Assembly: GCA_963702895.1 (NCBI GenBank)
Contig: OY969767.1
Coordinates: forward strand, 928,001 to 992,000
Direction: 5' to 3'
Source: an uncultured Elusimicrobia bacterium
GTDB lineage: Bacteria > Elusimicrobiota > Elusimicrobia > 2-01-FULL-59-12
Length of the DNA: 64,000 bases
Shown here: positions 9,797 to 19,816 of the stretch, piece by piece
Numbering within the stretch: position 1 is the stretch's first letter
Layout of the letters: every line of letters begins with the position of its first letter
Translations under genes and position numbers: made by a program
The notes under the pieces: generated by a model
What the model was told of the DNA's origin: nothing
Databases searched by the model: none
The model's input: only the letters and a program-made list of their open reading frames with translations

Positions 9797-11005
9797 ATGA
9801 AAATCCGGACATCGTGGTTGGTCGTATGGAGCATCGGCATCGTAGCCTTGGGGTCTCGACCAGTGCTGGCTGAGGACATCAAAGGACGATTTGGCATAGG
9901 GGGTATTTTTGAAGCGGTATGGCCTCTCGGGCAGGAATCGGTGAAGCAGCAGGCCGATAATGTCGGTCCAGGGCTCGGCGGCTGGTTGCGCTATGGGCTC
10001 TCGAAGCATTTGAGCGCGGCTGTTTCTTATGAGAACATCCATTTGGGCAACGACATCCGCGTGGAACCTGTCATTTTGCAAGGCATCTACTCGCTCATGC
10101 CCGATCGCAAGGTTTCTCCCACGATCATCGCGGGGGGTGGTATCTCCCGGGGTGTCGATGCGAAGAATTTTAGTCGCGCAGCTTGGAAAGGCGGTCTTGG
10201 GCTCGAGTTATTCCCGAACCGCAATTTCGCGATCGGGCCTCAGGTGACCTTCCATTATGTCGACTCCGGACACAGCTCTCCACGGCATCTCAATGCCTTG
10301 GGCGGCGGTCTGAACGCGACGTGGTTCTTCGGTGGCGCCAAAGAAGCGGCTGCCACCCCTGCGGCTGCGGCGCCCGTGGCGGCAGCTCTTGTTTCGGTGA
10401 GCGCCAGCCCGTCCAGTGTCGTCCTGGGACCCGGCGCGAGCCAGAGCATCTCGGCTGCGGTGGACAACACCAGCAACAAGGCCGTGACCTGGAGCATCAA
10501 CCCGCCTTTGGGAAGCGTGGATGCCAACGGCGTCTACACGGCGCCGGCGACGGTTTCGTTCGCGCAAGATGTGACGGTGACCGCGACGAGCGTCGCCGAC
10601 CCCAGCAAGTCGGCCACGAGCATCGTTCGACTCACGCCTCCCGCGGCGGCCCCTCAGACGGTGAGCATCAGCCTGAACGTGCTCTTTGACACCGGCAAGA
10701 CTGTCGTGAAGCCTGCCTACAAGGCCGACATCGCCAAAGTGGCCGAGTTCATGCAGAGCTATCCCGGCACAAGCGCCGAAATCGCGGGATATACCGATAA
10801 CGTTGGATCTGAGAAGATGAACATCAGCCTCTCCCAGCGCCGCGCTGATGCGGTGAGGCAGTATCTGATCGACAACTTCGGAATTGACGCCGCACGCCTC
10901 ACAGCGAAGGGCTATGGTCCGGCGAGACCCATCGCGGACAACAAGACGGTTGAAGGCCGCGCTCAGAACCGACGTGTGGTGGCCACACTGACAGCGACGA
11001 AGTAA
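9797..11005 (+). CDS. OmpA family protein (beta-barrel + Ig-like linker + OmpA C-terminal domain)
   Basis: LFDTGK..GYTDNVG..NISLSQRRADAV..GYG..NRRV. Confidence 0.92.
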   Translation: MKIRTSWLVVWSIGIVALGSRPVLAEDIKGRFGIGGIFEAVWPLGQESVKQQADNVGPGLGGWLRYGLSKHLSAAVSYENIHLGNDIRVEPVILQGIYSLMPDRKVSPTIIAGGGISRGVDAKNFSRAAWKGGLGLELFPNRNFAIGPQVTFHYVDSGHSSPRHLNALGGGLNATWFFGGAKEAAATPAAAAPVAAALVSVSASPSSVVLGPGASQSISAAVDNTSNKAVTWSINPPLGSVDANGVYTAPATVSFAQDVTVTATSVADPSKSATSIVRLTPPAAAPQTVSISLNVLFDTGKTVVKPAYKADIAKVAEFMQSYPGTSAEIAGYTDNVGSEKMNISLSQRRADAVRQYLIDNFGIDAARLTAKGYGPARPIADNKTVEGRAQNRRVVATLTATK

Positions 11006-11021
11006 CGGAGAGTTTCATCAT

Positions 11022-11077
11022 CCCGGCTCCCCAGCTTGTGCGTTGTTCGGCATAGGCTGGGGAGCCGGCTTATTTTT
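11022..11077 (+). terminator. Intrinsic terminator after the OmpA gene
   Basis: CCGGCTCCCCAGC...GCTGGGGAGCCGG followed by CTTATTTTT. Confidence 0.7.
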
Positions 11078-11327
11078 GTAGGGACGTTCCCATGGCGGGG
11101 ATTGGGCCGAACTCTTCAGTTCGTCACCCCTGGAGATTTCTTATCCGGGGGGATGACAGCAAGTAATCTCGACGTCCCAGTCGATAAACAACGTCCAATA
11201 GAACTTTTTCGGTTAACCCGGATTATTCGGATGTCCATGTGCTCCCTCTCCCGCCTCGCGGCGGGAGAGGGGACAGTAAAGTCCGTAGATCTTTGACAAC
11301 AATATTCAGCTAATGGAATATTCCCGG

Positions 11328-11723
11328 TTAAGGGGTTTCGTTGGGAAGGATCAGTTGGAGCTGCGAGGCATCGGCAAATCGGTTGATATCGTAGATCATT
11401 TCTTTGGGCGGCAGTTTGAGGCCGCGTTTGGGTTTTTCCCTCCAGTAGACCTTTTCCCCGCTCGGCAAGCTGGCCAGCCGGCCTTTCAAAAAAACCACAC
11501 CCCGGAGTTGATGGTCACGGTCCTGAATCTGCGAAAGTTGGCGTACCGTGGTTGTCCCTTCCAACACCGAAAAATACCACTCCGTCCCTTTCTTCCAGCT
11601 GTAGAGCTCAAAACCGATTTCTGCTGGTTCTGCCGCGTGAAGCTCGACGGGTATGGATCCGAGGAGCAGCCACAGGGCGCCGAGCGCCCAAACCTTTCGC
11701 GTGATCAAGTGTCTCAAGCTCAC
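11328..11723 (-). CDS. Secreted hypothetical protein (homolog of 586..972)
   Basis: Signal peptide; GFELYSW, KVYW and LP..I.DI.RF are shared with 586..972. Confidence 0.75.
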   Translation of the reverse strand: MSLRHLITRKVWALGALWLLLGSIPVELHAAEPAEIGFELYSWKKGTEWYFSVLEGTTTVRQLSQIQDRDHQLRGVVFLKGRLASLPSGEKVYWREKPKRGLKLPPKEMIYDINRFADASQLQLILPNETP

Positions 11724-12217
11724 TTGAAGTAATACCGGATGCCAATGGCACCGTCCAGGTCCGCATCGGTGGAGGGGATGACGTCCAGGACCGGGACGAG
11801 CTCGATGAATGCCTCCAGCGGCGCGCGTTCGAAAAGGTAGCTTGCTCCCAAAGGAATCCGTATGCCTGCGTCGGTGTCTGATCCGGCGATGACGCGCAGG
11901 CCTATGCCCGCATAAAGCGGGAGCCGGCCTTCGGTCGTGCGCAGATCTTTAAGTTCCCAATGCCAAAGATGGTTGCCGTGAATCTGGAACCGGTCGTTTT
12001 CCCCAAAATGCCAGGCCAAAGCCCCATCGATCGCCGTCTTTCCCGAGAGCCAATACTTGGCGGACAAGCCCGTTGGAGCTCCCAAGATGACACCCAGTCC
12101 AAAATCACCTTGCGACCCCACGACGCTGCTCGCCGCAAACGCAGAAGAAGGAACAAGGATAGAGAACATGATGACGGACAAACCAGCGAGCTTTGAAGGT
12201 GAAAAGCGAAAGGGCAT
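11720..12217 (-). CDS. Small outer-membrane beta-barrel protein
   Basis: FGLGVILGAPTGLSAKYW; C-terminal GIRYYF; RBS GAGGAGG. Confidence 0.8.
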   Translation of the reverse strand: MPFRFSPSKLAGLSVIMFSILVPSSAFAASSVVGSQGDFGLGVILGAPTGLSAKYWLSGKTAIDGALAWHFGENDRFQIHGNHLWHWELKDLRTTEGRLPLYAGIGLRVIAGSDTDAGIRIPLGASYLFERAPLEAFIELVPVLDVIPSTDADLDGAIGIRYYFK

Positions 12218-12317
12218 AAGTCCTCCTCATTCAACGAGATCAAGAATCCTGGACAGTATAAATAAAAAGGGTTCCCGCTGTTCAACGACCATGATGGGTC
12301 AATCAAGAGGATCGGAG

Positions 12318-14063
12318 TTATGTGCGCCGGAAACGGTTGTGAAAATCACGGATGGGCATGCGGATGTGCGTCGGTCGGCCATGCGGGCAGGTCATGGGGC
12401 GCTCGCAGGCGGAGAGGTCTTCGACGAGGCGCGATACTTCCTCCGGGGAGACGGAATCGTTTGCCATAATCGAGGCCCGACAAGCGGCCGAGGCAGCGAT
12501 CTGATGTTGGATGTCGGCGACCGTCTGCGGTCTTTCCCCTTCGAACTTTTCGAGGACCTCTTCCAGAAAGCGTTTGGCGTGTTGGGTCTCGGGCAGGACG
12601 ACAGGCCATTCTTTGAGCGCGAACGTGCTGGGACCAAAGGATTCCAAGAGAAAGCCCATCTTTTCGAGCTCCTGTTGGTAGGAACGAATCAATTCCGCTT
12701 GTGCCGCGGAAACATCCCAAAGCAACGGGGCAAGGAGCGCCTGCCTCGCGACATGGCCGCTTGTGACTTGGGCCAGGATCCGTTCGTAGAGGACCCGTTC
12801 GCAGGCCGCGTGCTGATCGATCAGGATCAGCTCTTCCCCTTGTTCAAAGAGAAGGTAGAGTTTTTGAAATTGGCCGAGGTAGCGCAGTTGCGTGAATTCT
12901 GTCCTGGATGTGATGTCTTGGAGTGCGGGTGGGGCCTTAAGTCCAAGCGCCAGGGGAAGGGCGGGGGTGCTGTCCTGGCGAGTTCGCCAGGTGTCTGGCG
13001 AGCGAAGCCACCGGCCCTTGTTTGGGTCGATCGCCGAGCTCGCGTTGCCTGAACGCGATGACGGTACCGCTGGAGCATCGGCTTTAAAAAGACTGCGAAT
13101 GCTCGTAAAGACGAGATCGTAGAGCGCTCGCTCATCCGAAATTCGCACTTCTCGCTTGGTGGGGTGGACGTTCACGTCCACGAGTGCCGGATCAAGTTCG
13201 ACGAACAAACAATACACGGGATGCCGCCCCACCGGGAGCCACTCGCGGAAAGCTTCGTAAATCGCATGGTTGATGGCGCGCTGCTGGACGGGACGTTGAT
13301 TGATAAAAAGCGCCTGGTAAGCTCGCGTCGCGTGATGGGCGCTCAGAGCGCTTACAAAACCCTTGATGGTGCAGGGCCCTTTCGTCACGTTCACGGGAAC
13401 AAGAGACTGAGCTGCTTCGATGCCCCAGAGCTCCGAGAGTCGCTCTCCCAGCTCTTGGGTCGGCACCAGCTGCATCATGGTTTTGCCGTCCATCGAGAGC
13501 TCAAAGCGCACGGAGGGATGGGCGAGCGCCATCTCCTGTAAAGTCTTCAAGACATGCAAGCGTTCGGTGGAGTCGCGTTTGAGGAACTTGGCACGGGCTG
13601 GTGTATTAAAGAATAAGTCTTGAACGTCAAGCGTCGTGCCGGCGGGGGATCCTGAAACGGTTTTCGAGACAAGCTTGCCGCCCTCGAGCTTGAGCGTCCA
13701 GCCTTCGGGGGCCTCCTGGGTCCGTGTGGTGAGCTCCAGCCGCGAAACGGCCGCAATGGAGGGGAGCGCTTCACCGCGAAATCCAAAGGTCGCGAGCGCT
13801 TCCAGATCTTTAAAGTCTGTGAGCTTGGAGGTGGCATGGCGCTCAAGGGCGGCGAGCGCGTCTTCGAGCGTCATCCCTTCGCCGTTGTCGGACACCCGGA
13901 CGCGCGTGCGTCCGGCGCCCCAGAGATCGATATGGACAGCGGAGGCACGCGCGTCCAGGCTGTTTTCCACCAGTTCCTTAACGACGCTGGCCGGTCGCTC
14001 AATCACTTCCCCCGCGGCGATGAGCCGAATTAGGGATTTAGGAAGGATGTGGACTTTTGCCAT
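12318..14063 (-). CDS. mutL: DNA mismatch repair endonuclease MutL
   Basis: IAAGEVIERPASVVKELVENSLDA, GFRGEAL, DVNVHPTK, endonuclease motif DQHAACERVLYE, CPHGRP. Confidence 0.98.
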   Translation of the reverse strand: MAKVHILPKSLIRLIAAGEVIERPASVVKELVENSLDARASAVHIDLWGAGRTRVRVSDNGEGMTLEDALAALERHATSKLTDFKDLEALATFGFRGEALPSIAAVSRLELTTRTQEAPEGWTLKLEGGKLVSKTVSGSPAGTTLDVQDLFFNTPARAKFLKRDSTERLHVLKTLQEMALAHPSVRFELSMDGKTMMQLVPTQELGERLSELWGIEAAQSLVPVNVTKGPCTIKGFVSALSAHHATRAYQALFINQRPVQQRAINHAIYEAFREWLPVGRHPVYCLFVELDPALVDVNVHPTKREVRISDERALYDLVFTSIRSLFKADAPAVPSSRSGNASSAIDPNKGRWLRSPDTWRTRQDSTPALPLALGLKAPPALQDITSRTEFTQLRYLGQFQKLYLLFEQGEELILIDQHAACERVLYERILAQVTSGHVARQALLAPLLWDVSAAQAELIRSYQQELEKMGFLLESFGPSTFALKEWPVVLPETQHAKRFLEEVLEKFEGERPQTVADIQHQIAASAACRASIMANDSVSPEEVSRLVEDLSACERPMTCPHGRPTHIRMPIRDFHNRFRRT

Positions 14064-14070
14064 TGGAGTT

Positions 14071-14178
14071 CGTCCTAGGTCCGAGGTCCGACGTCCCGAG
14101 ACCCTTCGGGTGTAGTGGCTGCCCGTACTGGCCGCCGAAGGCGACCTGTAAGGGCGTCGTACGTCGCACGTCGGACGG
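14071..14178. repeat. Paired degenerate heptamer arrays (GTCCGAG / CGTCGGA) between pilZ and mutL
   Basis: cgtcctaggtccgaggtccgacgtcc ... cgtcgtacgtcgcacgtcggacg. Confidence 0.7.
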
Positions 14179-14181
14179 TTC

Positions 14182-14661
14182 TTAGACCGTCACGACCCGG
14201 GGAAAGACGCGCGTTTTCTCGTCCTTCTGGCAGAGTGAGAAAAAGGCACATTTCTTAAAGCAGAACCGACGCTCACCCTGGGAAAGACGCTCTTCGCATT
14301 CCTCATAGGCTTTGGTGAGTTTGCCCACGAGGCGGGCCCATTCTTCCTTAAATTCGCTGAAGGCAATAGCGACCTGATAGGTTTCCCCTTTTTTGTGGGC
14401 GCGCATGACGGTGCCATGGAGTTGCGCGCTCACGAGGCCCGGCAAATCGAGCCGGAAGGTCACGTTCCGGGTGATGCTGGGCAATGCGAAGGCGATCATG
14501 GACAGACCGCCCGCGGACAAATCCACCAAAATAGCGGGCGCGGGCTGGTCCAGGCCGTCGCATTTAAAATCCACGAGCTTCGCGATACTTAGATGGAGCG
14601 GCAGCCTTGGATGTTTACGGCGCTCTTCAAGTCGTGTCATGATCGGGCTTTCTCCTTCCAC
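14182..14661 (-). CDS. PilZ domain protein
   Basis: ERRKHPR and DLSAGG motifs; Cys-rich C-terminal tail. Confidence 0.88.
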   Translation of the reverse strand: MEGESPIMTRLEERRKHPRLPLHLSIAKLVDFKCDGLDQPAPAILVDLSAGGLSMIAFALPSITRNVTFRLDLPGLVSAQLHGTVMRAHKKGETYQVAIAFSEFKEEWARLVGKLTKAYEECEERLSQGERRFCFKKCAFFSLCQKDEKTRVFPRVVTV

Positions 14662-14830
14662 GCCTGCAGTTTCAAGAGGGCCTGCAGAGGGGTCATCTGA
14701 TCTAAATCGAGCTGGGCCAGTTCTTCTGCCCAGGCCCGTCGTGCCGCACTCGCCTCGGCCAATTCCGTGGAGACTTTATCATTTTCAGGCCGGGCATTTC
14801 CCGCGCTCCCAGCGTCTCCCAAAAGCTCCG
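14637..14830 (-). pseudogene. Detached MutS C-terminal segment
   Basis: EELAQLDLDQMTPLQALLKLQAWK resembles the MutS C-terminal helix pair (LD.D.MTP..AL..L). Same strand as mutS and downstream of it, beyond the IS. Confidence 0.7.
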
Positions 14831-14861
14831 GTAATTTTCTGCAGCGCTGCGTTTTGACGTA

Positions 14862-16566
14862 GGCCACACATAGGTCCCAATTTTTCACCGCTCGGTCGCC
14901 GCGGCGACCAGGTTTCTCGCCTGCTTCGGGTACCCTTGGCTTCCCTCGGAGGCGGTTCAGACTACCGTCTGATCAATTGTCGGCCTTTTGCGGCAGTTTT
15001 CGCCGCTCCGACCCTCTGTTCGGTTCTTTCCCTCCGTCGATGCCTTCGGTGTCGCCGTCCCGTCAATCAACCGGTAGACGCGATCACCACAGACAGCCCC
15101 AACACGCCATAGCGCGCCTCTTCAAAAACCCGCCGGAACGGGTAGTTTTCCGGAATCTTTAACCACAGATAGCGCGACTTCCGGCACACTGTCCCGGCCA
15201 AGCGGATCAGCCGGTGCCGCAGCGTCTGGATCGTGAAGCTCTGCCAGGCTTTCGGCAGAACCAAATGCTTGAAGGCTGCCGTGACCACCGACGCCAACAT
15301 CGCGATCTGGAAATAGGCGGCATTGGCCATAAAATCCCGGCACGGCAGCTTGGATAATCCAAACCCACCCTCGCTCTTCATCTCCCGGTTCACGTTCTCC
15401 GACCCATCCTGCCGGTTACGGTGAAATTGCAGAACCAATCCCGGTTCCCATGTGAACCGCGTCGCCACCGCATGGTATTCAAAGTGCTCCTTATCGAAAA
15501 GCTCGCCTTGCGGCTCCTGCTGCCAGCGCACCACGACCAACCGAAATGCGGCGATATCCTTGTCCGCCTCCCCAAAAGCATGCACCGTCTCGGCAATCTC
15601 AGATCCCTTATGGGGATAGACCGGCGAGTTGTACTTCTTCCAGGCCTTCTCCGGAATCGACCGAATCGCTTCCAAAACGGCATCATCCTTGCGCGCCGTG
15701 ATGGTGAAGTCCACCCCGGCCCGATCCAATTCCCGAACCACCTTCGCCTGATACCCCGCGCTGTCTGAGCGCGCCCTCATCCGCAAACCGGAAAACTGCC
15801 GCAAGACCCGCCGCAACAAACTCGCCAGGTTCGCCATCGGGCTCGCATTGCCTGCCCGAAACGCCCCGGCCAGCGGCATCTTCAGCTCCGCGCAACTGAC
15901 CATCACCGGACAATACCCTTCCAGTCCATCGTAATTCATCAAGACGCCTTCCTTCTGTGACTCCAAAAAATAAGCGTCGATATCGATCGTCACAATAGAC
16001 AGCTCGCAGGCCCGGATCACCTTCGCCGCCGTCTTGAGCTGGACCCATCCCAACCCATGAATCGTCTTGCGCCCAAAACGCCGAAGAAATTCGCCCAACG
16101 TGTTCGCTGCCGGAAAATCCCCCAGCAAGCGCCGTATCCCCTCGTCCCCTTGCAGCAGCCCGATGTCTTCGAGCGCTTCCCCGCCCGCCTGGATCGATCC
16201 CATCAACCCCAAAATACTCTCGGCAGGATCGTATCCCCGCGCCCGCTCCTTCACCGGCAGCGCATTGAGCCGCTCCTCCAACCCCAGGCTCCGTGCCGTC
16301 CCCAACAACAACGGCAGCCCTGCAAAACTCGTCACCGCTTGATCCGTCGTCGAGACCTTGTATACGTCCAAGTTCTTCAGTAACATAAAAGCACCTCGCA
16401 GTTCAGATTCCACTCTGGCTTGCGAGGTATTTTATTGCCTCTGCGCGTCGCTGTAAAATCACGCGCTGCACCCTTTTTCAAAGCCTCCTGTGTTGACCCC
16501 TCATTTTTCACCCAATAAGTGAAACCCTTCGTCTTCGATCCCGCCACCAACACCTACACCAAGGCC
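14862..16566 (-). mobile_element. IS1380-family insertion sequence (ends approximate)
   Basis: Contains the transposase; AGGCC occurs at both putative flanks (14861-65, 16562-66); terminal inverted repeats are weak. Confidence 0.7.
15067..16413 (-). CDS. IS1380-family DDE transposase
   Basis: TSFAGL, IDIDA, R.DSAGY, EN..RE.K, F.ANAAYF, LRHRLIRLAG. Start may be 16386. Confidence 0.9.
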   Translation of the reverse strand: MESELRGAFMLLKNLDVYKVSTTDQAVTSFAGLPLLLGTARSLGLEERLNALPVKERARGYDPAESILGLMGSIQAGGEALEDIGLLQGDEGIRRLLGDFPAANTLGEFLRRFGRKTIHGLGWVQLKTAAKVIRACELSIVTIDIDAYFLESQKEGVLMNYDGLEGYCPVMVSCAELKMPLAGAFRAGNASPMANLASLLRRVLRQFSGLRMRARSDSAGYQAKVVRELDRAGVDFTITARKDDAVLEAIRSIPEKAWKKYNSPVYPHKGSEIAETVHAFGEADKDIAAFRLVVVRWQQEPQGELFDKEHFEYHAVATRFTWEPGLVLQFHRNRQDGSENVNREMKSEGGFGLSKLPCRDFMANAAYFQIAMLASVVTAAFKHLVLPKAWQSFTIQTLRHRLIRLAGTVCRKSRYLWLKIPENYPFRRVFEEARYGVLGLSVVIASTG

Positions 16567-16570
16567 GTCG

Positions 16571-16603
16571 ATGGATCCCCCGCTGACGGCCGCGGGGGAT
16601 GAC
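16571..16603. repeat. Half GTCAT-type palindromic element between mutS and the IS
   Basis: ATGGATCCCCCGCTGACGGCCGCGGGGGATGAC, nearly identical to 47316-47348. Confidence 0.8.
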
Positions 16604-16623
16604 GTCAGGGGTGGCTTATCGGA

Positions 16624-19215
16624 TTATTTGGGAGCGTCTGGGAAAAGCAAAGGTTGTCCTGGCTCCTGGGAGGAAGCGGTCCTGTCACGCGTTTTTTCAA
16701 ATTCGCTGAGGAGTGCTTCCGCCCGCCCCAGGACCTCTTTGGGCACACCGGCGAGCTTCGCGACATGGATGCCAAACGAGCGGTCGCCTGGACCTGGCTC
16801 CACTTTATGGAGAAAAACGACCTGGTCCCCCCACTCCCGGGCCGTGACGTGGGCGTTCGCCACGCCGGGCAAGCTCTGCGCCAGTTGGGTGATCTCGAAG
16901 TAATGTGTGGCAAACAAGACTTTTGGACCTTGCCGGCGCAAATATTCAAGACACGACCAGGCGATCGAGATCCCGTCGTAGGTCGAGGTACCTCTTCCCA
17001 CCTCGTCAAGAATCACGAGGCTCTGTGGAGTGGCGTGGTTCAGGATTCTGGCGGTCTCGACCATTTCAACCATGAACGTGGATTCTCCTTCGGAAAGCCT
17101 GTCCGAGGCGCCGATGCGGGTGAAGAGCTGGTCCAGAACCCCTACGCGCGCTTGGGCGGCAGGAACATAGGAACCCATCTGGGCCAAGATCGCGATGAGG
17201 GCCGTCTGGCGAAGGTAAGTCGATTTGCCGGACATATTGGGTCCCGTCAAAATGATGATCGCCTGGTCTGTCCCGTTTAAGAGGACGTCGTTGGGCACCA
17301 TGCTGCCGGCAGGAAGAACGTCTTCCAAAATCGGGTGGCGTCCTTCGCGGATAGAAAGAACATCAGACTCATCCACGAGGGGTCTGATGAAGCGTTTGCG
17401 ATCGGCCACTTCAGCGAGGCTCGCGAAGGTATCCAGCTCCGCGATGGCTTGAGCGATGCGCTGGATCAGCTCGGATTTCTTTAAGATTTCCTCGCGCAGG
17501 GCCGCGAGCAACACCTGCTCTATCCGTAAAGCCCGCTCCTCGGCGCCCAGGATCCGCGTTTCGAAATCCTTAAGCTCGGGCGTGATGTAGCGCTCGCCGT
17601 TTGCTGTGGTTTGCTTGCGGATGTAATGCAGGGGGACTTTGGAGAGATGGGTCTTGGTCACTTCGATGTAGTAGCCAAAGATATTGTTAAAGCCGATTTT
17701 GAGTGAGGAGATACCGGTCTGTTCGCGTTCCTGAGACTCCAGCTCAAGGAGTCGGTTTTTCCCGCTATGGATCCAGGAGCGGACTTCGTCCAGCTCTGGA
17801 TCATAGCCGCTTTTGATCACCCCCCCTTCTTTGAGCGTCGCGGGAGGGGCTTCCACGAGCGCCAAATCAAGCAAATGGGCCAATCCCTCTTCCTCAGGGA
17901 ATTGTTGGATGAACTCAAGGAGCGGCGCGGGTAAGGGTCTCCCGAGCTGCGTGGATTGTTCCAGGAGCATGGCCAGCTGCGCTTTCATCTTCGGGAGGCG
18001 CCGGAGCCCCTGGCCGAGGGCGGCATAATCCCGGGGCCCCGCCGAACCAGCGGCCAGGCGCGTCAGGATCCGCTCAAGGTCCGGCCAGCCTTGCAGAAGC
18101 GCACGCAAGGAACGCCTTCCTTCCTTGGCTTCGTAGAAAAACTCAACTTTGTCCTGGCGATCGATGATGCGAGAAACTTCTCTGAGCGGACTGACGAGCC
18201 AACGCCTGAGGAGTCTTGCCCCCAGCGGCGTAAGGGTCTGATCAATGATTTCTAAAAGGCTTCTGGCTCTTGTGGAATAGCTATTTCCTTTAGGTAATAA
18301 GTCAAGATGGTCGATGGTGCTTGCGTCCATCTGCAGATGCTTGTGGACTTCATAGGTTTTGAGCGGTCTTAAGGGCGTGGGCCTGCCGCACTGGGTGTTT
18401 TCAAGGTAGCGCGTGACAGCTCCCGCGGCGGAGATCGCCTGGGGCTTCTTTTCAAGGCCAAACCCACGTAGGGAAGAGACCTCCAAGAGCTTCTTCAGAT
18501 GATCTTCGGCCAGCGCGGCGGAAAAGTCGTTGGGGGCGAGCTCCGCGATGCTAATCCCCTGGCTGGCCAGACGCTCTTTCCAGAAAGAACTCTGGGAAGA
18601 TGCTGGGAGGACCACTTCGGAGGGCCTGAGGCGCATCACCTCATCCCAGGCCCGCGACCGGGCAGCTGGGCCCGAAAGCTCTGTCGCTATAAATTCTCCT
18701 GTCGAGCACTCGATGGCGGCCAGGCCTATGGCCTGTTCGCTTTCGGAGAGGGCAAGGAGGTAATTACACCGTTTGGAAGGAAGGAGCGTATCTTCCTGCA
18801 GCGTTCCAGCGGTCATGACGCGCACCACGCTTCGCTTCACAAGGCCCTTCGTCGTGCCAGGATCCTCCATTTGATCGGCAATGGCCACGCGAAGGCCCGC
18901 TTTCAAAAGTTTAGCGATATAAGGCTCGACCGAATGGGCCGGTACGCCGCACATGGGCTGGCCCTGGCGCTGGGTGAGCACGACCTCAAGTATCGGGGCC
19001 GCGCGGCGCGCGTCCTCGTCAAAGAGTTCGTAGAAGTCGCCCAGTCGGAACAGCAGGATGTCCTGAGGGTGGCGATTTTTCAGTTCCAGATATTGCGTCA
19101 TGAGAGGTGTGGTTGCCTTGAAGGGATTCGGGGTGAGGGGTGAGGGGACAGAAGTTTCCTTTCCCCTTTCCTCTTTCCCCTGGACCCGGCGGTTATTTTC
19201 CATGGGCCATCCCAA
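16624..19215 (-). CDS. mutS: DNA mismatch repair protein MutS (C-terminally shortened)
   Basis: TPLMTQY, GDFYELF, TGPNMSGKST, STFMVEM, DEVGRGT, ATHY; ends just after the clamp-binding-like motif QPLLF. Confidence 0.98.
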   Translation of the reverse strand: MGWPMENNRRVQGKEERGKETSVPSPLTPNPFKATTPLMTQYLELKNRHPQDILLFRLGDFYELFDEDARRAAPILEVVLTQRQGQPMCGVPAHSVEPYIAKLLKAGLRVAIADQMEDPGTTKGLVKRSVVRVMTAGTLQEDTLLPSKRCNYLLALSESEQAIGLAAIECSTGEFIATELSGPAARSRAWDEVMRLRPSEVVLPASSQSSFWKERLASQGISIAELAPNDFSAALAEDHLKKLLEVSSLRGFGLEKKPQAISAAGAVTRYLENTQCGRPTPLRPLKTYEVHKHLQMDASTIDHLDLLPKGNSYSTRARSLLEIIDQTLTPLGARLLRRWLVSPLREVSRIIDRQDKVEFFYEAKEGRRSLRALLQGWPDLERILTRLAAGSAGPRDYAALGQGLRRLPKMKAQLAMLLEQSTQLGRPLPAPLLEFIQQFPEEEGLAHLLDLALVEAPPATLKEGGVIKSGYDPELDEVRSWIHSGKNRLLELESQEREQTGISSLKIGFNNIFGYYIEVTKTHLSKVPLHYIRKQTTANGERYITPELKDFETRILGAEERALRIEQVLLAALREEILKKSELIQRIAQAIAELDTFASLAEVADRKRFIRPLVDESDVLSIREGRHPILEDVLPAGSMVPNDVLLNGTDQAIIILTGPNMSGKSTYLRQTALIAILAQMGSYVPAAQARVGVLDQLFTRIGASDRLSEGESTFMVEMVETARILNHATPQSLVILDEVGRGTSTYDGISIAWSCLEYLRRQGPKVLFATHYFEITQLAQSLPGVANAHVTAREWGDQVVFLHKVEPGPGDRSFGIHVAKLAGVPKEVLGRAEALLSEFEKTRDRTASSQEPGQPLLFPDAPK

Positions 19216-19816
19216 AAAGATATTTCCAGCCCTGCAGCATTTTCAGAATCCCAAAGGTCCGCTCGACGCGCTTCACGAATTTGCGGGTTTCGGGGTAAGG
19301 AATGTCACGGATTTCAAGGACGGGCTTGCCTTGGCGCCACTGGCTCGTCACGCCGGGCCCGGCGTTATAGGCGGCCAGGACCGCTACGTCATCGTCAGGA
19401 AAGAGGAATTGGAGCTTCGTCAGATAATAGACACCCAGATGGAGATTCGTGTCGGGATCCTTCAAGTCATCATCGTTTTCAATGACAACACCGATCTCGG
19501 GGGCGATCTCACGCGCCGTCGAGGGCAAGATCTGCATCAGTCCCACCGCGCCACGGGACGATCGCGCTCCGGGGAGAAAGCCCGACTCCACCTTGATGAT
19601 CGCCATCACCCAAAGGGGATCGCATTTGAAGACGCCGGCATATTTGTTGATCAAAGGTTTGTTCAAGACGGGGCGAAACCAGATCCAAGCGGTGCCCGAG
19701 TAGATCAAGGCGAGGAGCAGAAGAACCACGGCGAGCAGCAACCCGCGGAATAAGCGGCGCTTGGTGCGCTCGACCGGCGGCATCCTGCGCAGCTCGCGCG
19801 CGTACACGCCTACCAT
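19193..19816 (-). CDS. Lytic transglycosylase (SLT domain)
   Basis: KVESGF, GAVGLMQI, LAAYNAG, PYPETR. Confidence 0.92.
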   Translation of the reverse strand: MVGVYARELRRMPPVERTKRRLFRGLLLAVVLLLLALIYSGTAWIWFRPVLNKPLINKYAGVFKCDPLWVMAIIKVESGFLPGARSSRGAVGLMQILPSTAREIAPEIGVVIENDDDLKDPDTNLHLGVYYLTKLQFLFPDDDVAVLAAYNAGPGVTSQWRQGKPVLEIRDIPYPETRKFVKRVERTFGILKMLQGWKYLFGMAHGK

